From: Chiloscyllium plagiosum
Taxonomy: Eukaryota
Assembly (NCBI RefSeq): GCF_004010195.1
Contig: NC_057719.1
Coordinates: 93,201,946-93,265,945, forward strand
Length of the DNA stretch: 64,000 nt
Reading direction: 5' to 3'
A program made the position numbers and the translations under genes. This document shows, piece by piece, positions 12,236-25,449 of the stretch. The notes under the pieces are model-generated. The model worked only from the letters and a program-made list of their open reading frames with translations, was not told the DNA's origin and did not search any database. The first letter of the stretch is position 1. Every line of letters starts with the position of its first letter.

Positions 12236-12739
12236 TTAAACGTAACAATAATAGCAGGTCTGGGTGGGATGTTGACATCGCCATCTTATTGCTCACCTCC
12301 AATTACTGTAACAAAGTTATGATTTTTCTTCACAGGCTTGTTGACTCTGCTGTGTTATCCACATAGAAAGCTCAATGGAACCACCTTCCCAAGAGCCAAA
12401 GGAGAGTTTGGTCCGACAGTCCATTCTTCTCCACTACAACAATTACCAGTCGAAAAACTGTCCCGAGGCACAACTGCTCTGAACACACAGATTTCTCCGG
12501 ACTTTACTCTCACAGCTCTAATAAGAGAACGGTTTATATTATCAGAACGACCTTCAACAAGTTGTTTCTAAAACGGCAAGCATCTCATTACACAGTTTAT
12601 AAATATTTTCCTTTCCAGAATTTTGGCCTTAGCTCAAAGGTAAATGCTCTTTACTTGTTTATTCCGAGTAAAGTGTTGGTGATCATATGTCTGTGTCATT
12701 TGTTAAGGAAAAAACATGGATCGGAGACAGTGGCTGTGG

Positions 12740-13680
12740 AGAATAGAGAGGACTAAAGTGATATCACCCAGTCACTAATAATTACTTGCTGGATGGAATA
12801 AAGTAAAATTCAGAGAAGTAAACAGAATACATTTGGTATTTACATTGTAACAATGTAAGCACAACAGGATAATTTGAAATGGAGGAAAGATGATTTAATA
12901 TGCATTGGTTAATCAGTGTGTGTACAGATGGACAAGATTGTTCTGATGTGCGCGTGACTGATAAGGAAAGTCGGGGACAATATCAAAATACAAGAGAAAA
13001 CATACAATGTGCTGAAGATTATTGGGAATCCAGAGGATTAGGAAGCCTCTAAATACCAGTGGAGGGTAATTAATGAAGGCAATAGGAAGGAGAAGATGAC
13101 ATAGGGCAGTTAGCTTGTTAACAACGTAACAGAACATGGCAAGCACTTTTTTGATGTGTAAGAGGGAAGGAAAGGAGGTAAGAATAAACTCTGGACTGCT
13201 GGAAAATGAAGCTGGAATAGTTATTAGAAACAAAAAATGGCAAAGGTGTTGAATAGAGAGTTTGCATTAGTCTTCACGGTGGAAAACAGCAGCAGCGTGT
13301 CAGACCTTCAAGAGATTCACGGGCGAAAGTGAGCGTAGTTCGCAACGGGGATGGTGCTGGGGAAGCTGAAAGATCTGAAGTTGGTCAAATCACACAGAGC
13401 AGATGGACTACACCTCCTAGTTCTGAGGAGATAGCTGATGAGATTGTGGAGTAATTTCTGGTGATCTGTATAGAATTACTGGCTTAAAGGAGTGTCCCAA
13501 AGGATTGGCCAATGTAAGCTCACGTTTAAGGAGAGATGGGCGCAGAAGATAGGGAATTATAGGTGGCCAGGCAAGTTGATACTTTAGTTAAGAGGGATTA
13601 GTGGATACTTGAGTTTATAAATAGAGATATAGATTACCAAAGAAAGGAAGTCAGGGAATACATTGAAAATTGTGTGATTA
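12740..13680 (+). mobile_element. CR1-clade LINE ORF2 middle fragment, degenerate
   Basis: GCATTAGTCTTCACGGTGGAA (FxSVFT), GATGGACTACACCTC (PDGLHP), GGGAATTATAGG (GNYRP). Confidence 0.75.
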
Positions 13681-13949
13681 ATCTACAGCAAAACAAGTGT
13701 TAAATTTAGAAACGTTATTGCAAAGAACAGAGTTACATTTGTAATTGAAAAAAATGAAATCGGTTTGAATTAGGCAGGAGCATATGTGACAAACCGACTG
13801 TTGCCTGGACCTGTGGGGTACGTCTTGTGATGAAGCAGAATAAAAGTACCGTTTACAAAGGATGATCAAACCTGTTGCTGTAGAGGTCACAATGTACAAC
13901 TATTTAGTCTTCTTTAAGAAGAAATAAAACTGGATATTCGAAAATATTG

Positions 13950-14290
13950 AGGACTCACAACCTCACACACACCTTCCAAGTGAAGCAGCATTTCGCTTGT
14001 ACTCTTTTAATCCAGTCTCTTGCCATTGCTGCTCACTATGCAGTATCCTTTCGACTGGGGAAACCAAACAGAGACTGCATTGAGGAACACTCTGTCTGTA
14101 GGAACATCCCTGACCCTCTCATTGCTTCCCATTTCAATAACTTTCCTTGATATCATGCCAACATTTCGGTCCTGATCTGCTGCAATGGTCCAATGAAGCA
14201 CAGCCCTAGCTCGAGTAACACCTCACTTTACACTTCGCTACATTACAGCCTGTAGGAGTTAATTTTCAATTCTATAACTTCACAGCCTGA
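13950..14290 (+). mobile_element. Penelope-like GIY-YIG fragment, degenerate
   Basis: HTFQVKQHFACT...LIASHFN, similar to the Penelope copy at 8584-9462. Confidence 0.65.
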
Positions 14291-16500
14291 CCCCATTATG
14301 ACTGTTCTCCATTTCTTCCTACATTGTTCCTTCTGGTCTCCCTGTGACCTTGTTTTCTTTGTGTCTTGCTATTCTTGAACTCAGTTCAGAGAACCCATAT
14401 CCCCATTCACACCTTAATTTACACCAACGTTTTATCCGTTTCTCTATCAATGAAATTAAAAGCCAATTTAACTTTTGCACTGTATCTCCACACCTTTTGT
14501 TTCCATTCACCCCCTACCAACTTTGCAAGGAGTGAAAAAGAGTATTTGCAATTTTTTTTAATCCTGAAGAATTGGCACCCTGGACTGGAAAGGTTAACAC
14601 TATTTCTCTGACTCCACAGATCCTGCCTGACCTGTTGAGTTTCTACAGAAACGAATAGGCATATACAATTTTTCAATAAAAGAAACAACTGTGCATAATG
14701 GAAATCGTATAAAAAACAAAACTGCTGAAGAAAATGGAAGCCTGGAAGAAGGATAACTGAACTTGAAAAATAACTCTGCTTTCACTCTACAGATGCTGCC
14801 AGACCTGCTTAGTTTCACCTGTAATTTTGGTTTTTGAATAAGTTACAAACACGTGTATCAAAGCTGCTCAAGCGCCCTGTCCGATATGTCTTATCATGCT
14901 CCGGGAAGTGAACGATTATGTAAGATGTACAAATTCATTGGCACTGCAACTGCATAAGGCTGGCATCACTGACACTTCAGAGCTCTTATTCATGTTCAGA
15001 GAGAGAAATACATGGAAACACATTCGCATCGAATGCAGAGGATGGAACAAGTGCAAATAAAACGATTCAGATCACTTTGTTAAAAGGTTTCGAGAGATGT
15101 GACAAATTGGAGGCGCGACACCATGGAGAGACCCTCAGGTCAATGAGAGGAATAAACTGGAAGTATTGCAACATCCGAAACCAGAGTAGGTCACTGAGCA
15201 CAGGGCTGATGTGTGAATGAGTCTTACTGTGAACTGGGGGAGGCAGATGAATTGTATTGCAGATATTGAAGCTCAAAACAAGGCATTTACGTGGTACTGT
15301 AGATCACAACAGCAGCAGAAGCGGAATGGTATTCAACTACAGTCTGTAATTTTTTGCCTGTGATAATGTTTAGGAGAAGGTGTGTGCTACAGATGCTGGA
15401 GAACGGAGACAAGAGTATGGGACCTGAAAGGCACAGCAGGTCAGGCAGCATTCGTGGAGCTGGAGACTAAACGTTTCAGGCATAAGACCTTCATCAGGAA
15501 TGAGGCTACTGGGCCGGAGGTGCATAAGAGATAAATGGGAGCGACTGGGTTGTGAGGAAGGTAGCTGAGAATGCGATAGGTAGATGAAGGTGGGGAAGAA
15601 TTTGTTAGGTTGGAGAGGAGGGTGTAGTGGATATTTGGGAAAGGCGATCGACAGTTCAAAAACGGGCTGCCAAGTTGGAGGTTTGGGAGTGGGATAATGT
15701 GCGAGGAGGGAATTGAGGAAACTGGTGAAATTCAAATTTATCCCATGTGGGTACAAGGTCCGAAGTTGGAATATGAGGCGTTCTTCCTCCAAGCTTTTGC
15801 TTGTTAGGGAGTGGCGATGGAGGAGGCCCAGGACATACATATCCTTGGCGGAGTCGGAGGTTGAGTTGAAGTACTCAGCCACGGAGTGGTGAGGTTATTT
15901 GGTGTCCTAGAGATGTTGTCGGAAATAATCTGCAAGTTGGCTTTTTCTTTCTCCCCAATGTTAAGGAGACCACATCGAGGGCATTGGATACAGTAGATGA
16001 CAGTGGTGGAGGTACAGGTAAATTTCTGTCAGATGTGGAATGATCCTTCTGGGCCTTGAATGGAGATAAGGGGGGTGGTGTGGGTGCAAGTTTTGCACTT
16101 CCTGCGGTTGCAGGTGAAGGTGCCGGGAGTGGGCTGGCTGAAAATGCAATAGGTAGATGAAGGTGGAGGAGAAGGTGATAGGTCAGAGATGAGGGCATTT
16201 CCATCTACATTTACCATCAAACCGATTTATGGTTCATTGACAAGTGTGAGAGAACATGCCACGGTCATAACCATGTGTACCTAAACCTGATGATAACCTG
16301 TTAAAGCTACCGTACTAGGATTCTTACATTCCAAACAGCAGAACTGATATCTGACAGAGCGGGAGAAATGACCGTCAGAAAAATAGATCATACTGAAGGT
16401 TTGAAGTCTTACCACACCCAGTCATAAATGGCGATAGACAATTAAACAATTCACTGGAAGAAGGGCTCCACAAATATCCCCATGATAACTAATAGATCAG
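14280..16500. other. Segmental-duplication block Z, copy 1 (includes degenerate Penelope termini at 14560-14820)
   Basis: Colinear with 33230-34890 (GTGTATCAAAGCTGCTCAA vs GTGTGTCAAAGCTGCTCAA; ACAAATTGGAGGCG shared); interrupted by the Penelope at 15365-16200. Confidence 0.8.
15365..16200 (-). mobile_element. Penelope-like element 3' part with partial terminal duplication
   Basis: GTFTCNRRKCKTC...GPEGSFHI, LEEERLIFQLRTLYPHGIN; 15560-15600 repeated at 16135-16175; absent from the paralog at ~34560. Confidence 0.9.
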
Positions 16501-16889
16501 CCCTGTCTGACAGCAACAATGATGCACCTACATGGAGCAGGGAATGTGATAGGCTCATATAGTTCAGGCAATGTTCAAGGAGAGGTCACATGGTCCAGTT
16601 TGGGGTCTGATAACATCGTTGATTCATCTCAGAGAGGGAAAATTGTAACATATCAGAGAAAGCACAGTCTATTGCTCCCTTTCTCTTTCAACGTCTCTGA
16701 TCACAACAAAGTGGGCGAGCCAAAAAAAAGTCCAGTCGTCTTTAGCACTCATGGGGGATTCCTGATAAAGATTCATCGGAATCTGCCCACTGCTTGAAGC
16801 AACAGAACTCAGCCAAATCCAACTCTTCCAGGAAGGAAGCACATTGCCAACAGTTCGTGTTAGCAGAATAAATTCAGAAGTAATCATTC

Positions 16890-19800
16890 AGACTCGATAG
16901 AGAGGGGACAGGCAGGAAATTCTGTGGCTGCAAATGGGAATTCAGGCTGGTGTGTTACCTCCCAGGTGCCAAGATCCAGGATATCTCAGAGCGGCTACAA
17001 AGCATTCTTCAGGGGAACAGTGAGCAACTCGACGTCATTGTGCACATAGTCAAAATGACATAAAAGTTATAGGCATGAGTTCCTGCAAAGTGATTACAGA
17101 GAGCGAGGAAAAAACAGTTTAAAAACAGGACAACGATGGTGGTAATCACTGGATTACTTCCAGTGCCACGTGTTAGCAAGGGGAAGAACAGAAGGATATG
17201 GCATATGAATGCATGGCTAAAGAATTGGGGCAGGGGACAGAAATTCAGATTTTTAAATCATTGTATCTTTTCTGGGTCAGAGGTGCGTTAAAGAGGGAAG
17301 CGTTATACCTGAACTGGAGGGGGTCCAATACCTTAGCGAACAGGATTCCTAGTCTATAATTTGGGTATAAGGTAGATTGACTTGGGGGTAGGGGTGAGTG
17401 GTCCGTGGGATCCTTCGCAGCAGAGAGGCAAGTGCGAGGCTAGAAGGGGATATAGTAATCTGAAACAGTAAAGTGAAATGATAAGTCAGGTTAGTCTGGA
17501 ACAGGACAGGGAGCTAGGAATGTCGGTTGGATTAAATTGCATCTATTTCAATGCGAGAGAAATACAGTAAAGACCAGTGAACTCAGGGTGTGGATAGGTA
17601 CATGGAAATGGGATACATGAGCCATTATAGAAACATGACTAAGGGAGGGACAGGACTAACAGCTTAATGTACCAGTGTACAGGTGATTTAGGCGGGACCG
17701 AGATGGTTGAAAGAGGGAAGCGCGAGTTGCATTTTTGATTAAGGTGAGAATCCCAGCAGTAATCAGAGGTGAAATAACTGAAGGATCATCCAGTGACGCC
17801 TTGTGGATGGAGTTAAGAAATAAGAAGGGTATGGTGACATTATTGAGGTTATACTATAGGCCGCCAAATAGTAAATGGGGAATTAGACGAACAAAAATAT
17901 GTGGAGAGATTGTGGAGACGTGCAGGGGCAATAGAATTGTGTTACTAGGAAATTTTAATTTTCGTAACAGAGACTGGAACTGAAAGAGAATTAAGGGTTT
18001 TGATAGCGTGAATATATTAAGTCTGTTCAGGAAAGCTTCCTCAAGCAGTATATAGAGGGTCTTACTCAGGCAGGGGCAAAATTGGAAAATAAAGCAAGGT
18101 AGGTGACAGAGGTGAGAGTGGCGGAGTATTTTTGGACAAGTGACTATAGTTTTATTAATTTTCAAATACTTGTGGAGAGGGAAATAACTGGTTCACAAGT
18201 TGAAGTTCTAGATTGGGGCAAGGTGAATTTTGATTGAATTAGACATGAGTTTGCAGGGGTTGATTGGAGTAGTTTGTGTGCTGGCAAAGAGACCTCTGGC
18301 AGGAGGGAGGCCTTTAGTAGTGAGATGGCTGGATCTCAAGGTGTATACTTTCCGGTGCGGGTGAAGGGGAAAGTTGTCACGAATAGAGAACCCTTCATGA
18401 GAAGAAATATTGAGGCTTTCACAAAATAAAGTAGTCTTGGCTCAGATCCAAGCAGCTGAGGACAAGGGAATCCCTGGAGGTGTACAGTGGAATACAGGAA
18501 GTTACTGAAGAAGGCAATCAGGAGGGCGAAAAAGGGTATATGAGATAGCCTTGACTGAGAAAATTAGTGTGAATCCAAAGATGTTATTTCTATATATCAA
18601 AAAAAAGTGAATCACTGCAGTGTGAATTTGACTTCTCAAGAACCACAGTATTTGTGGCCATGTATATGTAGAACCACAGGAGATGGGCAAGGTTCTCAAT
18701 GAATATTTTTTCTCTGTGTGTACCATGGAGAAAGACATGAAGACTTGGGAGCTTAGGGAAGTAATGGTGGTATATCTGCGACAGTCAATATCAGAGTAGA
18801 GGATGTGTTGGATGTATTAGAATGTATGAAAGTGAATAAATCTCCTGGCCCTCACTAAATGTATAAAGGAACACGGCTGGAGGCTAGAGAAGAAACTACC
18901 AGGAACCATTCTGATATTTTTGCATTATAGCTAGGCATGGTCGAGGTCCCAAAAGTCTGGTGGGTGGTGAAAGCTAAGCCCTTATTCAAAAAGGGAAGCG
19001 AAGAAAAACCTGAAATCTATCCACCAGTAAGCCTGTGATAGATACCTTAGTTGAGAAAATTCTGAGAGATGAGATATACATGCATTTGTAAACACAAGAA
19101 GTTGTTAGCAATAGTTATCATTTATTTTAATAATCATACATCTGAAAGATTGCATGGTTTTGTGAGTGGGACATCATGCCTCACAAATTTGTCTGAGTTC
19201 CTTGATGAAGTGACCAGGAAGGTTGATGAGGGCAGGGTGGTAGACGTAGTCTATATGGATTTCAGTAAGGCATTTGATAATGTCCCACATGGTAAGATGC
19301 TGTGTGAGGTTCGATCACAAGGAATCCAGAGGGAGCAGGCAATTTGTAAACACAATTTGTTTGAATGTCGGAAAAAAGTGTATAATGCTGGTGGGATGTT
19401 GTCGGACTGGAGACCTGTGACTAGTGGAGGGCCTCAGGGGTCGGTGCTGGGACCATTACTGTTTGCTATCTATATAAATGATTTGGATGAGAATGTAAAA
19501 GGCATGGTTAGTTATTTGTTGGAGGACACTAAAATATGAAGTATCATGGTCAGTGAAGAAGTTTACCTGAAATTGCAGGAGGACCTTGATCAGCTGTGGA
19601 AGTGGGCAGGTAAACATCAAGTGGAGTTTAATGCATTTTGGCAAATCAAATCAAGGTAGGAGTTACTGTGAATAGTACGGCCATGATGGACTACAGTGGA
19701 ATAAAGGGACTTTGCAGTTCAGATGCACGGTTCTCTGAAAGTGGACACAAGGACAGTGCACACTTGCATTCATAAGTCAGGGCATGGAGACTAGTAATTG

Positions 19801-20235
19801 GAAAGTCATGTTATGGTTATATACGACGATGGTGAGGTCACATTTGTCGTGTTGTGTTCAGTTTTGCTCACATTGCTCGAGGAAGGATGTTATTTAAGTG
19901 GAAAGATTGCAGAAGAAATTTACAAGGATGTTGCCAGTACTCAGTGATCTGAGTTACAGGGAGAGGTTGGGCAAGCTAGTGAGATGAAAGAATGAAAGAG
20001 AACCTGATGGGAACCACTTTTATTCAAAGGGTGTTACGCATATGGAAAGAGCTGCCAGTGGAAGTGGTTGAGGCATTTACATTAACAACATTTAAAAGTA
20101 GATGGATAGGAAAGGTTCAGAAGCATATGGGACAAGTGCAGGGAAATGGGGTTAGCGTGGATGGACATTTTGGTCGGCAAGGACCAGTTTGTGCCAATTG
20201 GCCTATCTCCATGCTGTACAACTCTATGACTCTAC
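16890..20235 (+). mobile_element. Long CR1-clade LINE (ORF1 esterase-like end, APE, RT, 3' tail), degenerate with internal deletion
   Basis: LPGAKIQDISERLQSILQG (SGNH-like), YFNAR, YYRPPNS..GNFNF (APE), SCLTNL..VYMDFSKAFD..QGSVLGPLLF; splits block Y copy 2. Confidence 0.92.
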
Positions 20236-20614
20236 AAATAGAACAAAATTTGGGCCAAACTCTCATTTTCCCTTTTGTCATGAGTTCGAATAATACTTGG
20301 ACAAAGTCTTTCAATGTAACTTTGCAGCGATTTTGATTTTCAGCATGTTAGCAGACTTACATACATATATGTGTGTGTGTGCGCGAGCCCGCGAATGGGT
20401 GTTTATGTGTTCCATAGTATTATTAGAGGGAAATATGAATGAAAATATTTGTTACACCCACTCATCATTCTTTTTTCCATCATAGTTTGAGTACCTTTGC
20501 TTGGTTATAAACGTATTATTTTCGGAGATTAAGGAAATCTGCCTGACTTCTTCCTAACACAGGCTCTGACACACTCTGGGAACTGTATCACCGGTCATAT
20601 CACCAACCTCGTTG

Positions 20615-21697
20615 TAGAGTCATTGAGATGTACAGCATGGAAACAGACCCTTTGGTCAAACCCGTCCATGCCGAACAGATATCCAAACCAATCTAGTCCC
20701 ACCTGCCAGCACCCGGCCTATATCCCTCCCAACCCTTCCTATTCATATACCCATCCAAACGCGTCTTAAATATTGCAATTGTACCAGCTTCCACCACTAG
20801 CAACTCATTCCATACACGTACCACCCTCTGCGTGAAAGAGATGCCCCTTAGGTCTCTTTTATATATTTCCCCTCTCACCCTAAACCGATGCCCTCTAGTT
20901 CTGGACTCCCCCACCCCAGAGAAAAGACTTTGCTTATTTATCCTATCCATGCCACTCATAATTTTGTAAACATGTATAAGGTCACCCCTCAGCCTTCGAC
21001 GCTCCAGGGAAAACAGTCCCAAACTGTTCAGCCTCTCCCTGTAGCTCAGATCCTCCAACCCTTGCAACATCCTTGTAAATCTTTTCTGAACCCTTTCAAG
21101 TTTTACAACGTCTTTCCGATAGGAAGGAGACCAGAATTGCACGCAATATTGCAACAGTGGCCTAACCAATGATCTGTACAGCCGCAACATGACCTCCAAA
21201 CTCCTGTACTCAATACTCTGACCAATAAAGGAAACCATGCCAAACGCCTTCTTCCATATCCTGTATACCTGCGTCTCCACTTTCAAGGAGCTATGATACT
21301 GCACTCTAAGGTATCTTTGTTCAGCAACACACCCTAGGTCCTTACCATTAAATGTATAAGTCCTGCTAAGATTTGCTTTCGCAAAATGCAGCACCTCGCA
21401 CTTATCTGAATTAAACTCCATCTGACACTTCTCAGCCAATTGGCCCATCTTGTCCAGATCCTGTTGTAATCTGAGGTAACCCTCTTCGCTGTCCACTACA
21501 CCTCCAATTTTGGTGTCATCAGAAAACTTACTAACTGTACCTTTTATGCTCGCACCCAAATTATTTATGAAAATGACAAAAAGTAGAGGGCCCAGCACCG
21601 ATCCCTGTGGCACTCCATTTGTCACAGGCCTCCAGTCTGAAAAGCAACCCTCTAACACCACCCCCGTCTTCTACCTTTGAGCCAATTCTGTATCCTA
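20615..21697 (-). mobile_element. Young 5'-truncated CR1-clade LINE with uninterrupted 322-codon ORF2 C-terminus
   Basis: ORF 20693-21661: GVPQGSVLGPLLF..FSDDTKIGG..LVRPLLQYCVQFWSP..FTQRVVRVWN; intact 3' tail. Confidence 0.95.
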
Positions 21698-21699
21698 TT

Positions 21700-23090
21700 T
21701 AATTGCGTTTATAACCAGTGGATTATTGGAACTATACAAGGGGATAGTGATCGAAAAACACATGTATTTATCGATTCACTGTGCCTAACGTCAGTATAGG
21801 TTCGGTCGTTGGAAGGAATTCTGAGGAATATGATTTACATACAATTAGAAAAAAATAAGTACTGCTTAGGGATAGTTAACGTGGCTTTCTGCAATGGAAA
21901 TCATGTCTCTTAATGTGATTGAGTCTATTGAATTGGCGACAAAGAAGTTTGACGAAGGCACTATGGTATACTCTGTTTCACTATACTTCAGCAAGGCGTT
22001 TAGTATGGTTCCTCGTCATAGACAGATTACTAAGGTTAGATCACATGGAATCCAGGGAAAGCTAACCAATTGGATACAAAATCAGAATGAAGGTAACGGA
22101 TTGTTTTCTAGACTGAAGGCCTGTGACCAGTGGTGTGCTGAAAGAATCAGTGCTGAGCTCACTGCTTTTCATCATGTATCAAAACGATTTGGATGTGAAT
22201 TTCGGAGGCATGTTTAGTAAGTGTATAGATAACATCAGAAAAGTGGTGCAGTGGACAGTGAGTAAGATTATTTCATATTACAACGGCACGCTTGACCATC
22301 AAAGGGCGAAGAATTGGCAGGTGGATATTAATTTAGATATTTGTGAGGATTTACATTGTGGTAAATTAAAGCAGGGTATTGCCCTGGGGAATGTTGCCGA
22401 AAAAAGTGACCTCCGGTTACAGATTCATACTTCCTTGAAAGTGGAGTTGCAGTTAGACAGGGTGGTGAAGAACACGGTTGGCATGCTTAACTTAATCGGT
22501 CAGAGTATTGAATATAGGAGTTGAGGTGGCATGTTGCACCTTTAAAGGATGCTAGTGAGGACACTTTATGAATATTGCGCACAATTTGGTAGGCTCTGCT
22601 GATGGGAAGATATTGAGAGGGTATAGTAAAGATTTACAAGAATTTTCATGTACTGGAGGGTTGGAGCTTCAGGGAGTGGATGAATAGGTTGAGGTTTTTC
22701 TCCCTGGACTGTCGGAGGCTGAGGTGTGCCATAAAAAGTGGTTTGTAATATCCTGAAGTGCATGGACAGTCTGAATGGTCAAGATCATTTACCCAGGCTA
22801 GGGGAGTCCAGAACTAGACGGCATAGGTTGTAGGTGAGAGGGGAAAGATTTAGAATGGACCTTCGGGGTAAATGTTTCTCGCAGAAGGTGGTGCGGTCAT
22901 GGAATGTGCTCTCAGAGAAAGTGGTGAAAACCCATCCAGTTACATGTTTAACATACATCTGGATAGGTACATAAATAGGAATGTGTCAGATAGATATGGG
23001 CCAAATGGGACGAGATCAGTTTGGGATGTCTGGTTGATGTGGGCAAGCTGGAATAAAGGAAATGTTTCCATGCTGTATGACTCCCTATTT
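21700..23090 (+). mobile_element. CR1-clade LINE 3' portion (paralog of 5015-6410)
   Basis: FSKAFSMVP, VRSHGIQGKL, IGQSIEYRS, tail TTTCCATGCTGTATGACTC. Confidence 0.85.
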
Positions 23091-23884
23091 CTACAAATGA
23101 GATGAGAAAAAAAATCTGAAAAGGGCCTTTCAAACTCTTCCTCAGTTGTTTGAGGTGCCTCTTTGTTTATATTTATTCAAAGCTAAGTTAGTTAAACATT
23201 TGATAGAGAAGTGAGTCACGGATAATGGATGCAGACAGGAACGTGGAGCTGAGACCACAACCTGATCATCCACAATCTTAGTCCCTAGTGGAGAATGCTC
23301 AAAGTGTCTAATGACCCACTTCTGCTCCTCAGTCCCATGTTCCATTCAGTTCCCACCCGGCACCAAACCTGCTAGACAGAAGCAATTGGAGACCATGTAC
23401 TGCTATCACTTGGTGCACATAAACAGAGAAGACTATTCAGCCCCACAACACTGTCCCAACGAATTGATCTAGCTTGGAAAAATAGTTGGAAAATCCAGTT
23501 TGGTATGAAAGAGGCCTCGCATCTGTCTTTACAGATCTTCCCCTCACTGCAACATGTGCTTCATTAGTTGATCACGTTGTAGACTCAGATTCACTGTGAA
23601 TACAACCCCCATACATCACCCAGACATGGTTCAGAAAATCCTCTCCTTGAATGCTTCATTCAATAACAAACCTTCCAGGTAAATAACACCCACTGACATT
23701 CCAATAACAGCATGTGAGAACATCAGAAGCAGGAGCATGTCATTCACCCTCCAAGCCTGCCTTGCCCTTCACGAAGATCATGGCTGATCCGCTATCGTTC
23801 TCAAATCCACTTTAATGCACGATTCTTCATTGCCCTCACCTCTCTGACAGGTCAAAATGCATCTACAGCCTCGTTAAATACTTT

Positions 23885-24180
23885 CATAGAACATAGAACA
23901 TAGGACAGTACAACACAGTACAGGTCATTTGACCCTCGATGTTGCGCTGATACTTTATCCGACTCTCAGATCAGACTAACCTACATACCCTCTTGTTAAC
24001 AAGCATATCAACTTGGTTGCAACAATGAGGGATCTGTGGACATGGACCCTAAGATCCCTCTGTTCTTCCACACAGCCAAAAATCCTGCTTCTAACCCTGT
24101 GTTAGTATTCACATTCGAGCTTGCAAACAGAATGACTTCGCACTTTTCCAGGTTGAACTCCATAGGCCTCTTATCAGACT
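23885..24180 (-). mobile_element. CR1 fragment with 3' tail
   Basis: CATAGAACATAGAACATAG tail repeat; CACTTTTCCAGGTTGAACTCCAT (MEFN.EKC). Confidence 0.7.
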
Positions 24181-24189
24181 AGTTGTTTT

Positions 24190-24340
24190 CAGTTTTGTGT
24201 CGGGTCACTCGACAAACATTATCAGACGAACTCTTGTGCATTGATGGAATATTCCAGTCGAATTGTCTCAGATTCTAATCTATTGTTGGAACATTCCAGA
24301 CTTATGTTCTCAGTTTATGATCCATTGCTGGAAAACTTCA
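24190..24340 (-). pseudogene. GPR139-like GPCR first exon remnant, copy B
   Basis: MDHKLRT*VWNVPT ID*NLRQFDWNIPS MHKSS...; same 42-bp repeat; TM1 and donor are missing; upstream element at 24401-24443. Confidence 0.65.
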
Positions 24341-24799
24341 GTGTTTTATTGAATGAATCTCTCCAGTGGCATATTTAGGGTAAAAGGAGATGGCATAAAT
24401 CACAGTCACTGAACAAACAGCTCCAGTTAACTCATTTCACTACATTGCTTATATATCACAAAAAAGCTTAATGTGTGTTGGATTTTGACATCGTTTACAA
24501 CTGGATAAATGACACATTTCCAATTGTAAAGTTAGAGGCGAGGGAGAGAAATGACGCTTTCTCTTCACTAGCTCGATGATTATACTGTGTTCTGGCAGGG
24601 TAGGAAGTGCTTGGCTCCGGAAGCCGTCTGTGTCTGTTCACCAGGCCTGCGGCATTCTTTCGTTTTATTAATTTGTGTTTAACTTTAGCATTTATCTAAC
24701 CATTATTTAATGGCTTAGATGGGGTTAGGCATTTTTGAGAAACTACTACAATTCCATAGACGCTATAGAAACAGTCCTTTCCTTGTGGTCCTTGCAGCC

Positions 24800-25299
24800 G
24801 CGGCCTGGTCCTGTTGAGTGATAGTCAAGCTGTCACAGAACCAGATTTCTTAGTATTACCCTTCGTCAGTTAATGCTGGGGTCTTGGCAGTGCAAGAAGG
24901 CAGTACACTCTCTCTCTGAGATTCATCTCAGAATTGTCTTTTGATGTTCTTTCCTCCTGGATAGGAGAACTGCATGTGAGGCAATCTGTTCACTGAACTC
25001 GTTTTTTGACAAGTGGGTGCTTGTACGATGTTACTATATTGGAGCAGTTATTGTTTAGTAGTTAGATTACCTACTATTCTGTTATGGTTTCCAGTAGAAT
25101 TAAGTTATACCTAGTTCCTCTTGATTTGTTATAATAGAACAGATTAAATAAATTGTGTTTTGAAGAAAGTCGGATACTTTGACGAAGCGGATTGCATCTG
25201 CAGCACAGTACCTCACATTTACCTTTAAAATAAGAAAATGTTCAGATCAAGACTACCTTCATCATATATTGTGAGGGGTATTTGCTCGAGTGCATAGCA
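24800..25299 (+). mobile_element. Putative solo LTR (same family as 7885-8507)
   Basis: Reverse complement matches 53790-53935 (TATTTTAAAGG.AAATGTGA, CAGATGCAAT, AACACAATTTATTTAA); ends in CA; left boundary uncertain. Confidence 0.45.
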
Positions 25300-25449
25300 A
25301 AACGGAAATATAATCATGTTTTAATTGGATAATCACTTTATGGACAACACATTGGTGGTTTGACAGCGGAATGCGCCATGCAGGAAGAATGATAGCTCAA
25401 TCAGGAATTATATCGGATACTCAATTCAAATCACAGGTCCCACCCAGAG

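Noticed and set aside
20693..21661. 322-aa ORF as a host gene
   Set aside because: It is the C-terminal part of CR1 ORF2 in a 5'-truncated copy
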